A stretch of 64,000 nucleotides of DNA from Microcoleus sp. (GTDB lineage Bacteria; Cyanobacteriota; Cyanobacteriia; Cyanobacteriales; Microcoleaceae). A program made the position numbers and the translations under genes. The stretch spans positions 5,792,001 to 5,856,000 of the forward strand of contig CP181291.1 of NCBI GenBank assembly GCA_052279835.1. The letters are read 5' to 3'. The number at the start of each line of letters is the position of its first letter. Within the stretch, counting starts at the first letter, position 1. The notes under the pieces are model-generated. The model was not told the origin of the DNA, searched no databases, and saw nothing but the letters and a program-made list of their open reading frames with translations. Below are positions 12,540 through 21,051 of the stretch, piece after piece.

Positions 12540-12818
12540 ATGCTCAGCTCTAATTTATTAGCCGTAGTAGAATCTGCTGTAGCTGATACAGCATCAGGTA
12601 ATTGGCAAAAACCGCTAGTGATGTTTATTTCTAATATCTTAGCATTGCTAGTTCTCAGTCGCGTAATTTGGCATCCTCACGTCGGGCCGAAAATGCCCTT
12701 GCCCTTACCCTCTTTATTTAACAATCTTAGCGTCCCCGCATTTCTAGCTTGCATGAGTGCAGGTCATCTGCTAGGAACGTTCTTGATTTTAACACTGAGC
12801 GTAGACAAGTATATCTAG
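12540..12818 (+). CDS. psaK: Photosystem I subunit PsaK-like protein
   Basis: Two TM helices, GPKMPLP loop, LACMSAGHLLG motif. Confidence 0.75.
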   Translation: MLSSNLLAVVESAVADTASGNWQKPLVMFISNILALLVLSRVIWHPHVGPKMPLPLPSLFNNLSVPAFLACMSAGHLLGTFLILTLSVDKYI

Positions 12819-12994
12819 CTAAAATTGCGCGCCTACTCAGTTGGCTAAGAGTCTCAAAATGTTCCATCAGTAGCGCACAAAAATTCTAAGGGGTAAGTAA
12901 AAACCACACTTACCCTAATTTGATTTTTGGATTCAAATTTAGTTAAAAAAATCCAGTTCAAGTCTCCCATCGTTCATTAACGAGGTTTAAAACA

Positions 12995-13681
12995 ATGGAA
13001 TCTACATCTACAAATTCCGACAAACAAAACCTACCTAACAGCAGCGAAACCGAGCGCTGGGCATCATTAATTGGTGGCGGTGCTCTGGTACTTTTCGGTT
13101 TGTCACAGCGTTCTTTAAGAGGTGCTTTGCTGGCGGCGGCGGGGGGCGGTTTAGCAGCCCGCGGCCTAGGGATTGGCGAAGAGTTGAAGTTACCAGATAT
13201 GCCTCAAAGCATTAAAGTTGAAAAAACGGTGACGATTAACAAACCCGCTGATGAATTGTACCGTTTTTGGCGCGATTTTGAAAATTTGCCCCGGTTTATG
13301 AAACATCTTAAGTACGTTAAGGTAATCGATGAGAGCCGTTCTCACTGGATTGCTAGCGCGCCCATGGGCAATAGTTTGGAATGGGATGCAGAAATTGTCC
13401 GGGAAGAAGAGAATCGCTTAATTGCTTGGGCTTCTGTGGCAGGGGCTGAGGTTGAAAATTCGGGTTTTGTGCGCTTTCAACCGGCACCAGAAGGACGCGG
13501 CACAGAGGTGAAAGTTGTTCTAGAATATAACCCTCCCGGTGGTGCGATTACTGCTACGGTGGCTAAACTATTTGGGGAAGCACCGCAACAACAAATTGCT
13601 GACGATTTGGGTCGGTTTAAACAATTTATGGAAACAGGAGAAATCGCGACAACGGAAGGTCAATCTTCGGGCCGCAAGTAG
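12995..13681 (+). CDS. SRPBCC/cyclase-dehydrase family protein
   Basis: ERWASLIGG N-terminus, LYRFWRDFENLPRFMKHL, YNPPGG, METGEIATTEGQ. Confidence 0.88.
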   Translation: MESTSTNSDKQNLPNSSETERWASLIGGGALVLFGLSQRSLRGALLAAAGGGLAARGLGIGEELKLPDMPQSIKVEKTVTINKPADELYRFWRDFENLPRFMKHLKYVKVIDESRSHWIASAPMGNSLEWDAEIVREEENRLIAWASVAGAEVENSGFVRFQPAPEGRGTEVKVVLEYNPPGGAITATVAKLFGEAPQQQIADDLGRFKQFMETGEIATTEGQSSGRK

Positions 13682-13707
13682 TCAGCTTACCTCAACCAAA
13701 AGATGCA

Positions 13708-13740
13708 GATCCCCGCAACATTTCAAGAAGTCGGGGATCT
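13708..13740. terminator. Hairpin between convergent genes
   Basis: AGATCCCCG...CGGGGATCT. Confidence 0.55.
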
Positions 13741-13752
13741 AAAGTTTCCCAT

Positions 13753-14826
13753 CTAAAATGCGATTGCTGATGACACCAATACACGACCAGTATAACCCGC
13801 ACGCTGGTAACGGGCGATCGCCTCTGTGGCGATGGAACTAGCTTTTTCACTCTCAATCAAAGCTACACAAGCACCACCAAAACCTCCCCCTGTCAACCTA
13901 GCACCGAATACTCCGGGAGTTTCCTGCAATATTTCCACTAGGGTGTCCACTGACGGCGCCGAAAGTTCATAGTCATCGCGCAAGCTAGCGTGAGAATCAT
14001 TCATCAATTGTCCAAAAACTTTTGCTGGTAGTGGCTTAAAAGCTTCGATTACCCGGTTATTTTCAGTAACAATGTAGCGGGCTCGTTTTCTCAAGGGTTG
14101 GGGTAATACTTCCACGGCTTGCGAGTCTTCGATATCTCTGAGGGCTTTAACACCCAACATTTGGGCGGCTGCTTCGCACTCTACCCGTCGCTGATTGTAG
14201 AGGCTACCAGCAGGTTTGTGGGTTTCGTCGCTATCAATGACTAAAATTTCTGTGTTTTTGGGAAATCGTAATTTACGGCGATTCAGGCTGCGAGTATCAA
14301 TAAATAGCATGGAGTTGGTGTCAGCTAAACTGGCTGCCATTTGATCCAAAATGCCGCAGTTAAAACCTACATATCGGATTTCGGCTAGCTGTGCGATTTG
14401 AGCTAGTCGCACATCATCTAAGGGGAGGTTCAAGAGTGTACGCAGCCCTCGGAGAGTTGCTATTTCTAAAGCAGCGCTGCTGGACAAACCGACTCCGATG
14501 GGCACATTGGAGGTAATATAAAGATTGAGTGGCGGTACTTTGTATCCTTCTTTTTCTACCAGTCGGATGCAGCCGCAGATATAACTGACGAATTTTTGGG
14601 GTATAGTATCATCGTCGGAAAAATTTATGAGTTCGTCAAATTCTGCTGAATAGAAATGATGTTTGTGGTCGTTGCTCAGACCGATTTGTACTGTGGCGCG
14701 CTGGGGAATTGCAGTAGGAATTACAAATCCCTCGTTGTAGTCTGTGTGTTCGCCCAGTAGGTTTACTCTTCCGGGGGCGCTAGCTTGGGTTTTGGGTAAT
14801 GTACCAAATACTCGTTGGAATTTCAT
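13753..14826 (-). CDS. galK: Galactokinase
   Basis: APGRVNLLGEHTDYNEG, GLSSSAALE, GARLTGGGFGG. Confidence 0.93.
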   Translation of the reverse strand: MKFQRVFGTLPKTQASAPGRVNLLGEHTDYNEGFVIPTAIPQRATVQIGLSNDHKHHFYSAEFDELINFSDDDTIPQKFVSYICGCIRLVEKEGYKVPPLNLYITSNVPIGVGLSSSAALEIATLRGLRTLLNLPLDDVRLAQIAQLAEIRYVGFNCGILDQMAASLADTNSMLFIDTRSLNRRKLRFPKNTEILVIDSDETHKPAGSLYNQRRVECEAAAQMLGVKALRDIEDSQAVEVLPQPLRKRARYIVTENNRVIEAFKPLPAKVFGQLMNDSHASLRDDYELSAPSVDTLVEILQETPGVFGARLTGGGFGGACVALIESEKASSIATEAIARYQRAGYTGRVLVSSAIAF

Positions 14827-14976
14827 GGTTGAGAAAAAGGAAGAAGATCGATGTGAAGAAGGAAGAAGTCACCTCCAAGGGGGGAGGGGGGATGGGAGAA
14901 ATTCAGGAAGAAGTAAGAAATAAGAAAAACTAGCTCTCTGAGTATTTATGACTGCTATAGGGTGAAGAAAGGGAAG

Positions 14977-15096
14977 GGAGCATCCCGATTTTGTAGGGGC
15001 GAAGCATTTCGGCAGATAAGTTATTGGTTAAAAGGAAGGATTTACTACCGCAATGATTCGCCCCTACCGATATATTTGCAAATTCGGGATGCTCCC
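14977..15096. repeat. Nested palindromic element (GGAGCATCCCG...GTAGGGGCGAA...TTCGCCCCTAC...CGGGATGCTCC)
   Basis: Two nested inverted-repeat pairs. Confidence 0.7.
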
Positions 15097-15269
15097 CAAG
15101 GGAATCACTAATTGAGAAGAAATAACTTTATTTGTTCTAGTGAATTTTTTGGCATTGTCTATTTGCTGTTGATTGCATATCTGTTAAGAAAAATAAGTGG
15201 GATTGGTTTGGCGCAAAATGTCTTGATTTGTGATACAATTATAAACTAAATTTGCTAAGATTTCCAAAA

Positions 15270-16097
15270 ATGCGATCGCCTACCCCCCGGAAACAGTTTG
15301 CTCAACATTGGCTCAAAAGCGAGAAAGCCTTAGATAAGATTGTCAAAGCGACGAATTTGTCGGGTTCGCGGGTGCTGGAAATCGGACCGGGTACGGGGAT
15401 TCTGACTCGGCGTTTGCTGGCTGAGGCTGAGTCTGTTGTGGCGGTGGAAATCGATCGCGATTTGTGTCAACGCCTAGCTAAGCAACTTGGTAAGGCTGAC
15501 AACTTTTTGCTGCTGCAAGGCGACATACTGGAAATGGATTTAGACAACCAACTGGTGGCTTTTCCCAAATTTCAAAATCCCCATAAAGTTGTTGCCAATA
15601 TTCCTTACAACATTACTGGTCCGATTCTGCAAAAACTACTAGGAACTATATCTGTTCCGGTGCCGAAACCCTTCGAGGCGATCGTACTTTTAGTGCAGAA
15701 AGAAGTAGCCCAAAGACTTTATGCAAAAGCTGGTTCCAGAGCTTTTGGTGCTTTGTCGGTGCGGGTACAATACTTAGCGGAATGCGAGTTAATTTGCGAT
15801 GTCCCTTCTAAAGACTTTTTTCCGCCACCAAAGGTGGATTCTGCTGTGGTGCGGCTGGTTCCGAGATTAATAGAAACGCCGGCGGTTAATCCGCGCCATT
15901 TAGAGAATTTGATTAAATTGGGATTTGGTAGCAAGCGTAAGATGCTGCGAAATAATTTGAAAGGGGCTGTGGATTTAGATAAATTAGTTCATTTGCTAGA
16001 AGGGTTACAGATAAATCCTGAATCTCGCGCGGAAGATTTAAGCGTGGAGCAATGGGTCAATTTGAGTAATCATATTATTTCTGAGGTGGGAAGTTAA
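15270..16097 (+). CDS. rsmA: 16S rRNA dimethyladenosine transferase RsmA/KsgA
   Basis: PRKQFAQHWL, LEIGPGTG, VANIPYNIT, PPPKVDS; ATG at 15270 preferred as start. Confidence 0.96.
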   Translation: MRSPTPRKQFAQHWLKSEKALDKIVKATNLSGSRVLEIGPGTGILTRRLLAEAESVVAVEIDRDLCQRLAKQLGKADNFLLLQGDILEMDLDNQLVAFPKFQNPHKVVANIPYNITGPILQKLLGTISVPVPKPFEAIVLLVQKEVAQRLYAKAGSRAFGALSVRVQYLAECELICDVPSKDFFPPPKVDSAVVRLVPRLIETPAVNPRHLENLIKLGFGSKRKMLRNNLKGAVDLDKLVHLLEGLQINPESRAEDLSVEQWVNLSNHIISEVGS

Positions 16098-16421
16098 GGA
16101 TTTTGCTAGCACCCAGACTTGTTTACAGTGGCGGGGATCTGGGTATTTTGTTTTTTTAGGCTTGGGTAACTTATGGTGAGCGTCCTCCTCATGGGGATCG
16201 AAAAATAGGCGATCGCAATTAGAGAATCTCAGAGCACGTCAAACCACACTAACCTGCTCTGCCAGAGGTAGCAGTGGCCGTGGGGAATCAACGACGCGCA
16301 ACTCAAAACAAATTTCCCAGAATTCCAGCATAATATTTCCTTTGAGTTATGAGAAAATGGACTCTGACTGCTGTCAATTAATTTCAACCAGGGGTTTATT
16401 TCACCCTTGGCTTAATTACCT

Positions 16422-17384
16422 ATGCGTTCCTATTCTCTGCTAGCTTCCGCAAAAATCAATCTCTATTTAGAAATCATAGGCGATCGCCCAGATGGATATC
16501 ACGAACTGGCGATGGTACTTCAAAGTATAGATTTAACCGATCGCATAGACTTGCGGGCGATCGGTACAGACACAATTCGCGTGCGTTGCGATCACCCGCA
16601 AGTCCCTCCTGATAAGAATAACCTAGCCTACCGGGCAGCGGATTTGTTGGCGAAGCAATTCCCCGATGCTTTGGCAAAATATGGCGGTGTAGAAATTTCC
16701 ATTCACAAGCAGATTCCAGTGGCGGCGGGGCTGGCTGGGGGTTCGGCAAATGCGGCGGCGGTGTTAGTCGGGATGGATTTGTTATGGCAATTGGGACTCA
16801 CTCAGTCGGAGTTGCAAGAGTTGGGCGGAACCTTGGGATCTGATGTGCCTTTTTGTATTACCGGGGGTACGGCTTTGGCCACTGGGCGCGGCGATAAACT
16901 CTCGCCCTTGCCTGATGTTGGACCTTTGTATGTGGTGTTGGCGAAGTTTCGGAATCTCAGTATTTCTACAGCTTGGTCCTATCAAACTTATCGCCAACAG
17001 TTCAGTAGTTCCTATTGTGAACCGGAGGATTTGGATTGTCGGCGGGAACGGCTGCATTCGGGCCCAATGGTGGGAGCAATTGCTCAAAAAGATCGATCGA
17101 AAATTGGTCAATTGCTGCACAATGATTTGGAAAAAGTTGCTCTACCTGTGTACCCCCAGGTGTTGCAGTTGCGACAAGCTTTTGAGTCGGCGGGAGCTTT
17201 GGGAACGATGATGTCGGGTTCCGGGCCCACGGTGTTTGCATTGGCCGAGTCTCCAGAAAGAGCACAGGAAATTCAGGAACGGGTAAAAAGTGCGATCGGC
17301 TCTCCAGATTTGGATTTTTGGGTAGCAAAATTTAGCAATACCGGGATTCGGATTGTTTCGGAAGGAAATGATTTGAAACCCTAG
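16422..17384 (+). CDS. ispE: 4-diphosphocytidyl-2C-methyl-D-erythritol kinase
   Basis: AKINLYL, DGYHEL, AGLAGGSANAA, LGSDVPF, MSGSGPTVF. Confidence 0.96.
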   Translation: MRSYSLLASAKINLYLEIIGDRPDGYHELAMVLQSIDLTDRIDLRAIGTDTIRVRCDHPQVPPDKNNLAYRAADLLAKQFPDALAKYGGVEISIHKQIPVAAGLAGGSANAAAVLVGMDLLWQLGLTQSELQELGGTLGSDVPFCITGGTALATGRGDKLSPLPDVGPLYVVLAKFRNLSISTAWSYQTYRQQFSSSYCEPEDLDCRRERLHSGPMVGAIAQKDRSKIGQLLHNDLEKVALPVYPQVLQLRQAFESAGALGTMMSGSGPTVFALAESPERAQEIQERVKSAIGSPDLDFWVAKFSNTGIRIVSEGNDLKP

Positions 17385-17530
17385 GTGAACCCCGACGGAG
17401 GCTGATGGATTTTCTGAAAACCAGGAGTCTAATCAGCTTAAAAAACTGCTAACATGAAACAAAACACTGATTTGAATTTTGGTCAATTAACCCTAAATCT
17501 CAAATCTTAAATCGCAAATCTCAAATCAAA

Positions 17531-17896
17531 ATGCCTGATTTAACTAATTCTAATTCTAGTTCTAATTCTAGTGCCACATCTCCAAGTTCTACTCAGGATG
17601 CTTTGCCACCATCGCCTCAACCACCAACGGTGTTGCGTTGCTTGACTGGTTCGCTGATGGCCGGAGGTTTTGCGGCAGCTTTGTATGCGCTTACTTTGTC
17701 GATCGCCCAAACCTTTGCTAACAAGCCACTTCATTCTGATAACGTGACTGTCATTAACATTGCGGCGGCTGTGCGGACTTTGGTCATGGGAATTGTGGCC
17801 TTGGGCGCTGGTGTTTTTGGTTTTGCGGCTGTGGGTTTGATGGCGCTAACTTTGCAGATTTTGATTCAAAAATTTGTGAATAAATCTACAGTTTAA
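17531..17896 (+). CDS. DUF3082-like membrane protein
   Basis: Two TM segments and INIAAAVRTLV.G motif; common neighbour of cyanobacterial ispE. Confidence 0.75.
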   Translation: MPDLTNSNSSSNSSATSPSSTQDALPPSPQPPTVLRCLTGSLMAGGFAAALYALTLSIAQTFANKPLHSDNVTVINIAAAVRTLVMGIVALGAGVFGFAAVGLMALTLQILIQKFVNKSTV

Positions 17897-17955
17897 AACA
17901 ATTTACTGAGATATATTTTCGTAGGTGGCATGAACTAAACAGCCAAATCAAAACC

Positions 17956-18582
17956 ATGGAATTATTTACGATCGGTCACTCAAATCTGAGTATTGAAGCG
18001 TTTGTTTTGCTGCTGCAAAAACATGGAATTACGGCAGTCGCAGATGTGCGTTCCCAGCCTTTTAGCCGCTATTTACCCCATTTTAATCAATCGGAAATTA
18101 AAGCATCCCTGTCTGCTGCTGGCATTCAATACGTTTTTTTAGGTAAAGAGTTGGGCGCGAGACCGGAAGATTTAAGCTGTTACGATCTTAGCGGTAAAGC
18201 TTTATACCAACGGATTGCCGCCACTCCTCTATTCTCCGAAGGAATTCAGCGCTTACTCAAAGGTGCAGCTCATTATAAAATAAGTTTAATGTGTGCGGAA
18301 AAAGACCCGATTACTTGTCATCGGACTATTTTAGTTTGCCACAAGCTTAAAGACTTCAATGTGCAGATTAATCACATTCTGTCCGATGGCAATTTAGAAT
18401 CCCATCAGGATTTAGAAGCCAGACTTCTCCACAAGTTTAACAAGGGCAAAACAAATAATGAACCAATTCAATTAAGCTTGTTTGAATTACCACCAGATAG
18501 TAAAAATGAGAGCGTTGATTTAGAATCAGCTTATTATCGTCACGGATTGGAAATCGCTTATGTCACCAAAGAAAGCAATTAA
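17956..18582 (+). CDS. DUF488 family protein
   Basis: FTIGHSN, DVRSQP.SR, ELGARP, MCAEKDPITCHR. Confidence 0.9.
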   Translation: MELFTIGHSNLSIEAFVLLLQKHGITAVADVRSQPFSRYLPHFNQSEIKASLSAAGIQYVFLGKELGARPEDLSCYDLSGKALYQRIAATPLFSEGIQRLLKGAAHYKISLMCAEKDPITCHRTILVCHKLKDFNVQINHILSDGNLESHQDLEARLLHKFNKGKTNNEPIQLSLFELPPDSKNESVDLESAYYRHGLEIAYVTKESN

Positions 18583-19012
18583 TTTATTTACAATTGGTTT
18601 TACTCAAAAAAGTGCTGAGGAGTTTTTTGGGACTTTGATGCAAGCAGGAGTCCGCAGGGTGATCGATACGCGACTCAATAATGTATCGCAGTTAGCAGGT
18701 TTTGCTAAGCGGAAAGATTTAGAATATTTTTTGCGAACCATTGGTAATATTGAGTACGTTCATGTGCTGGATTTAGCGCCTACTAAAGATATTTTGGATG
18801 ATTATAAAAAGAAACAGGGAGATTGGGATGTTTACGAACAGAAGTTTTTGAGCTTAATGGGCGATCGACAAATAGAACACAAGGTTTCGTCAGATATTAT
18901 GGATTGTGCGTGTCTGCTTTGTAGCGAACCAAAACCCCATAATTGTCACCGTCGCTTAGTTGCTGAATATCTCAAGGATAAGTGGAAAAATGTCAAGATT
19001 AATCATCTTTAA
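18560..19012 (+). CDS. DUF488 family protein (short paralog)
   Basis: FTIGFTQKSAEEFF, SQLAGFAK, LLCSE..PHNCHRRLVAE; overlaps previous gene. Confidence 0.9.
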   Translation: MSPKKAINLFTIGFTQKSAEEFFGTLMQAGVRRVIDTRLNNVSQLAGFAKRKDLEYFLRTIGNIEYVHVLDLAPTKDILDDYKKKQGDWDVYEQKFLSLMGDRQIEHKVSSDIMDCACLLCSEPKPHNCHRRLVAEYLKDKWKNVKINHL

Positions 19013-19054
19013 AAATTGCGGTATCTCATAAAAAAATCTCAAATCTAAAATCGA

Positions 19055-19741
19055 ATGACTCGGATAATTTGTCTCGCTAATTCCTGGAAACGGGGCGAAA
19101 GGTGCATCGCCGGAATTAATGAACTTCAAGGTAAGTGGGTGCGCCCAATTTCCGACTTACCAGATGGTCAGATTCCTAAAGAAATCCGGCAGATAAATAG
19201 ACTTGAACCGGCATTATTGGATGTTCTAGACATTCCTCTGGCGAAGACGGGGCCGGACTTTGGTTTTGAATCGGAAAATCTGTCTATTTTACCGGGAAAA
19301 TGGCGACAAGTAGGGAAAGTTCCGCCAGCATATTTGTTGAAATATTGCAACAATCACGAATATATTTTGCACAACGATCTGCGATATGTTACAGTGGAGT
19401 ATATGCAGTCTTTGCCAAAAGGCGATCGCCTGACTTTGCAATTAGTCAAAGTAGTAAAATTTACCGTAAAAAAGCTAATTCAAAGATTTGAAGGTGGTAA
19501 TAAATGGGAAGGATGTATTGTCACCAAATACAACCAAAAATTGACTGCTACAATTACCGATCCGGTCTTTATTAGAAAGTTAGAATTGGGATATCGACCG
19601 CAAAAAGCTTGTTTGGTTACGGTGAGTTTGAGTATGCCTTGGCGGCCAGATGATTGGGAGGGAGATGACCCTTGTTGGAAGTTGATTGCCGGTGTGATAG
19701 AGTTGCCGGAAGATATTGTTGATAATGAAGTTTTGTTTTGA
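19055..19741 (+). CDS. Dual OB-fold-like protein associated with DUF488
   Basis: IICLANSWK.GERCIAG, WVRP, ITDP, VSLS.P, CWKLIAGVI. Confidence 0.7.
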   Translation: MTRIICLANSWKRGERCIAGINELQGKWVRPISDLPDGQIPKEIRQINRLEPALLDVLDIPLAKTGPDFGFESENLSILPGKWRQVGKVPPAYLLKYCNNHEYILHNDLRYVTVEYMQSLPKGDRLTLQLVKVVKFTVKKLIQRFEGGNKWEGCIVTKYNQKLTATITDPVFIRKLELGYRPQKACLVTVSLSMPWRPDDWEGDDPCWKLIAGVIELPEDIVDNEVLF

Positions 19742-19835
19742 CCCAAATGGCACTTCCAGCTTAAATATTGTGAAATTTGCAGATTGTGTGCTATAGTTGT
19801 GCCGGACTTTACATATCAAAAAAGGGTGCTTTTTT

Positions 19836-20267
19836 ATGAAAGCAGAATTTTATTATGACCGTTATAGATATACTTGCAGTTTAGTTCAAATGAATTTTAC
19901 CCAAGAATTAAAAATTAAAAATCATCAAGGCTTTGTATTAGCAGTTAAGCAAGGGTCAAAAATGGGAATTTTGGGCAAAACTCGTGAAACTGCTAAAAAA
20001 GTTGATGTCAGTCAATCTCATTTTTATAATGTAATTAAAGCGGCCATGAATGCTCTAGAATTAGAAGCTAGAGATGAGTTAATTTTAGAAAAAAATCGGA
20101 CGCTTGCTGAAGCAGAGGCAAAGATTCAGGATCAAGACAGAGAAATTCGGGTACTGAATGAACAGCTAAGAATACTCCGAGAAGAACTCGAGCAGTTGTC
20201 AGCACAAAACCAGGAATTAGCGATGCAGATGATAGACGAGGAAATCCGAGAAAGTGAACTTAGTTAA
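19836..20267 (+). CDS. Hypothetical protein with C-terminal coiled coil
   Basis: ATG at 19836; E/Q/L-rich heptad tail. Confidence 0.75.
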   Translation: MKAEFYYDRYRYTCSLVQMNFTQELKIKNHQGFVLAVKQGSKMGILGKTRETAKKVDVSQSHFYNVIKAAMNALELEARDELILEKNRTLAEAEAKIQDQDREIRVLNEQLRILREELEQLSAQNQELAMQMIDEEIRESELS

Positions 20268-20420
20268 GCAGAAGTCGATGATTTTTTTGGCTAGTAATAA
20301 TTTTAGTAATATCAAGACCGTTGGCATCTCATTCATTCTTCGATTTTCTAACTCTGGGAACTTTTGGCCCTATAAAGATTAAATAATTCCGATAAAGCCA
20401 GAATAGAGCTAATCCTATCA

Positions 20421-20960
20421 TCACAACAACTGAGGGCAATAATCACCTGGATTAGAAATTAAATTGTTTAAAATTCCTAATTGTTGCAACAATGGAGAAG
20501 ACAAGCTAACTGGTAAAGAAATCGGTCCGCACGAAGAACGATTGTCTTTGATATAGACAATTCCGAAATAAGATTGAACCCCTAATTGCTTAGACAAAGC
20601 TACTTGAACAGCCAGCGGATTGTTATTATAAGTGGCAACTTTTATCCCATATAAATAATTGTTTGTTTCTGCCACGGAAAAGCCAACAGATTTCAAAATA
20701 CTAGCCGCAGAACTAGGTGTTTGGGGCTGTGGAAATGAGAGCGCGCCGAAAGAGTATGTAAATTTAGATTCTTCTGAATATTCCGCAGTTTTGTGTTTAT
20801 TCAGATAGCTAATATATTGTGTAGCTTCACTTTCTTTAGCTTTGTTGATGAATCTGAGAAAAATAGGCAAAGCAATAGCCGATAATATCCCAATGATAAA
20901 TATCACAACTAATAATTCAATCAAAGTGAAGGCTTTATCACAAGAATTTAATTTTATCAT
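20421..20960 (-). CDS. Type IV pilin-like protein
   Basis: AFTLIELLVVIFIIGILSAIALP prepilin segment, NKAKESEA; an alternative start lies at 21017. Confidence 0.85.
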   Translation of the reverse strand: MIKLNSCDKAFTLIELLVVIFIIGILSAIALPIFLRFINKAKESEATQYISYLNKHKTAEYSEESKFTYSFGALSFPQPQTPSSAASILKSVGFSVAETNNYLYGIKVATYNNNPLAVQVALSKQLGVQSYFGIVYIKDNRSSCGPISLPVSLSSPLLQQLGILNNLISNPGDYCPQLL

Positions 20961-21051
20961 AGGGTGGGTGTCTTTCTCGCCATTAAAAGGTCGATGGACA
21001 ACAGACATAATTGACATCCTAAAGCAAAATCGAGAATTATTTAACTAACCA

